Assembly (NCBI GenBank): GCA_045863235.1
Contig: BTUM01000007.1
Location: 84,335-148,334 of the forward strand
Direction: 5' to 3'
Length of the DNA stretch: 64,000 nucleotides
From: Candidatus Xenobia bacterium
GTDB taxonomy: Bacteria > Vulcanimicrobiota > Xenobia > Xenobiales > QWHO01
In this document: piece by piece, positions 63,449 through 64,000 of the stretch
How the letters are laid out: each line of letters starts with the position of its first letter
Numbering within the stretch: position 1 is the stretch's first letter
Notes under the pieces: generated by a model
Seen by the model: only the letters and a program-made list of their open reading frames with translations
Told to the model about the DNA's origin: nothing
Databases searched by the model: none
Translations under genes and position numbers: made by a program

Positions 63449-64000
63449 CCCTTTGAACCTACCGTTACCCCCTTACATGTCTCTGAATCACCGGCGAGAA
63501 CGCCCGCCTGATCGTGCAGGAGTTCGGGGCCGCTGACCCTCTGGGAGGCGTTGGGCTGAATGCGTCGAGTTTGCTACCCCCGCTTGGTCCTCCAAGGAGA
63601 GCATGAGGCTTCGGCCACGAGGGGCCCGCGAGGACGGGGAGGAGGTCGGGCCTGGTGTCCAGGAGGCGCGTCCGCTCCAGTCGTTCGAAGACCGTAAGGC
63701 TGCGCTTTCATCTCGACAGCCAGTCCCTCATGGATTGACTGGCCGGTATGCCTGAAAAAACTTCCAGGCAAACACCAGTTTGCCCCCTCCCGGTCTGCCG
63801 CTCCGTGATGGCCCCGCTCGAGGCGTAGAAGGCCCCTTCCGGCTCTTGCAAACCCCTCTCAGGCGATTTCCCTCTCCCGAGGCTCCAGGTAGCCCGGAAA
63901 GCCACTGCAAACGAGGCAATATTTTCCTATAACCACGCCATTATGAGGCATCGTAACTTTTGACAGCAATACCCGGGTTCGTGTAATCTAACAGTGCGAA

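Noticed and set aside
63500..64000. Small genes or ncRNA at the right edge
   Set aside because: Only short overlapping ORFs without motifs and a small hairpin are visible; probably intergenic or promoter DNA for a gene beyond the window.
1..64000. tRNA, rRNA, prophage, integrase or transposase genes
   Set aside because: None was recognised by eye; tRNAscan/Infernal would be needed to exclude small RNAs.

Overview
High-GC bacterial chromosomal segment with about 55 protein-coding genes. I saw no rRNA, tRNA, CRISPR array, integrase or transposase. The gene style (many pilin-like genes, Big_2 lipoproteins, enzymes with low-complexity N-terminal leaders) suggests Candidatus Eremiobacterota/Vulcanimicrobiota, but that is only an impression. 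Housekeeping content includes speE, trmB, pdxH, cydAB, a beta-CASP nuclease and a glutamine synthetase-like/ALDH/Fe-ADH gamma-glutamylation operon. The main candidates for new biology are six. (1) A translationally coupled minus-strand operon at the left edge: bacterial ceramide synthase-like GNAT, GINT1-like propeller, Aur1/IPC-synthase-like PAP2 protein, PhnY*-like Fe/2OG dioxygenase, and a LicD-family transferase missed by the ORF track. It looks like a (phosphono)sphingolipid head-group pathway. (2) A stand-alone operon of a beta-helix/winged-helix protein, BrxD ATPase, Lhr/BrxHI-like helicase and DUF2185, without BREX core genes. (3) A recurring promoter architecture, TTCAG repeated at 11-bp spacing, then N10, then TAnnnT, upstream of 4-6 scattered genes, most with effector-like N-termini. 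(4) A probable antisense-oriented sRNA with an exposed anti-Shine-Dalgarno tract. (5) Unusual proteins: a YidD-clostripain fusion, a compact alpha-2-macroglobulin-like protein with no signal peptide, and a MauG-family diheme protein with His at the Tyr294 position. (6) An amidinotransferase coupled to a pair of 4-TM DMT proteins. All family calls come from motif recognition by eye, not from database searches.
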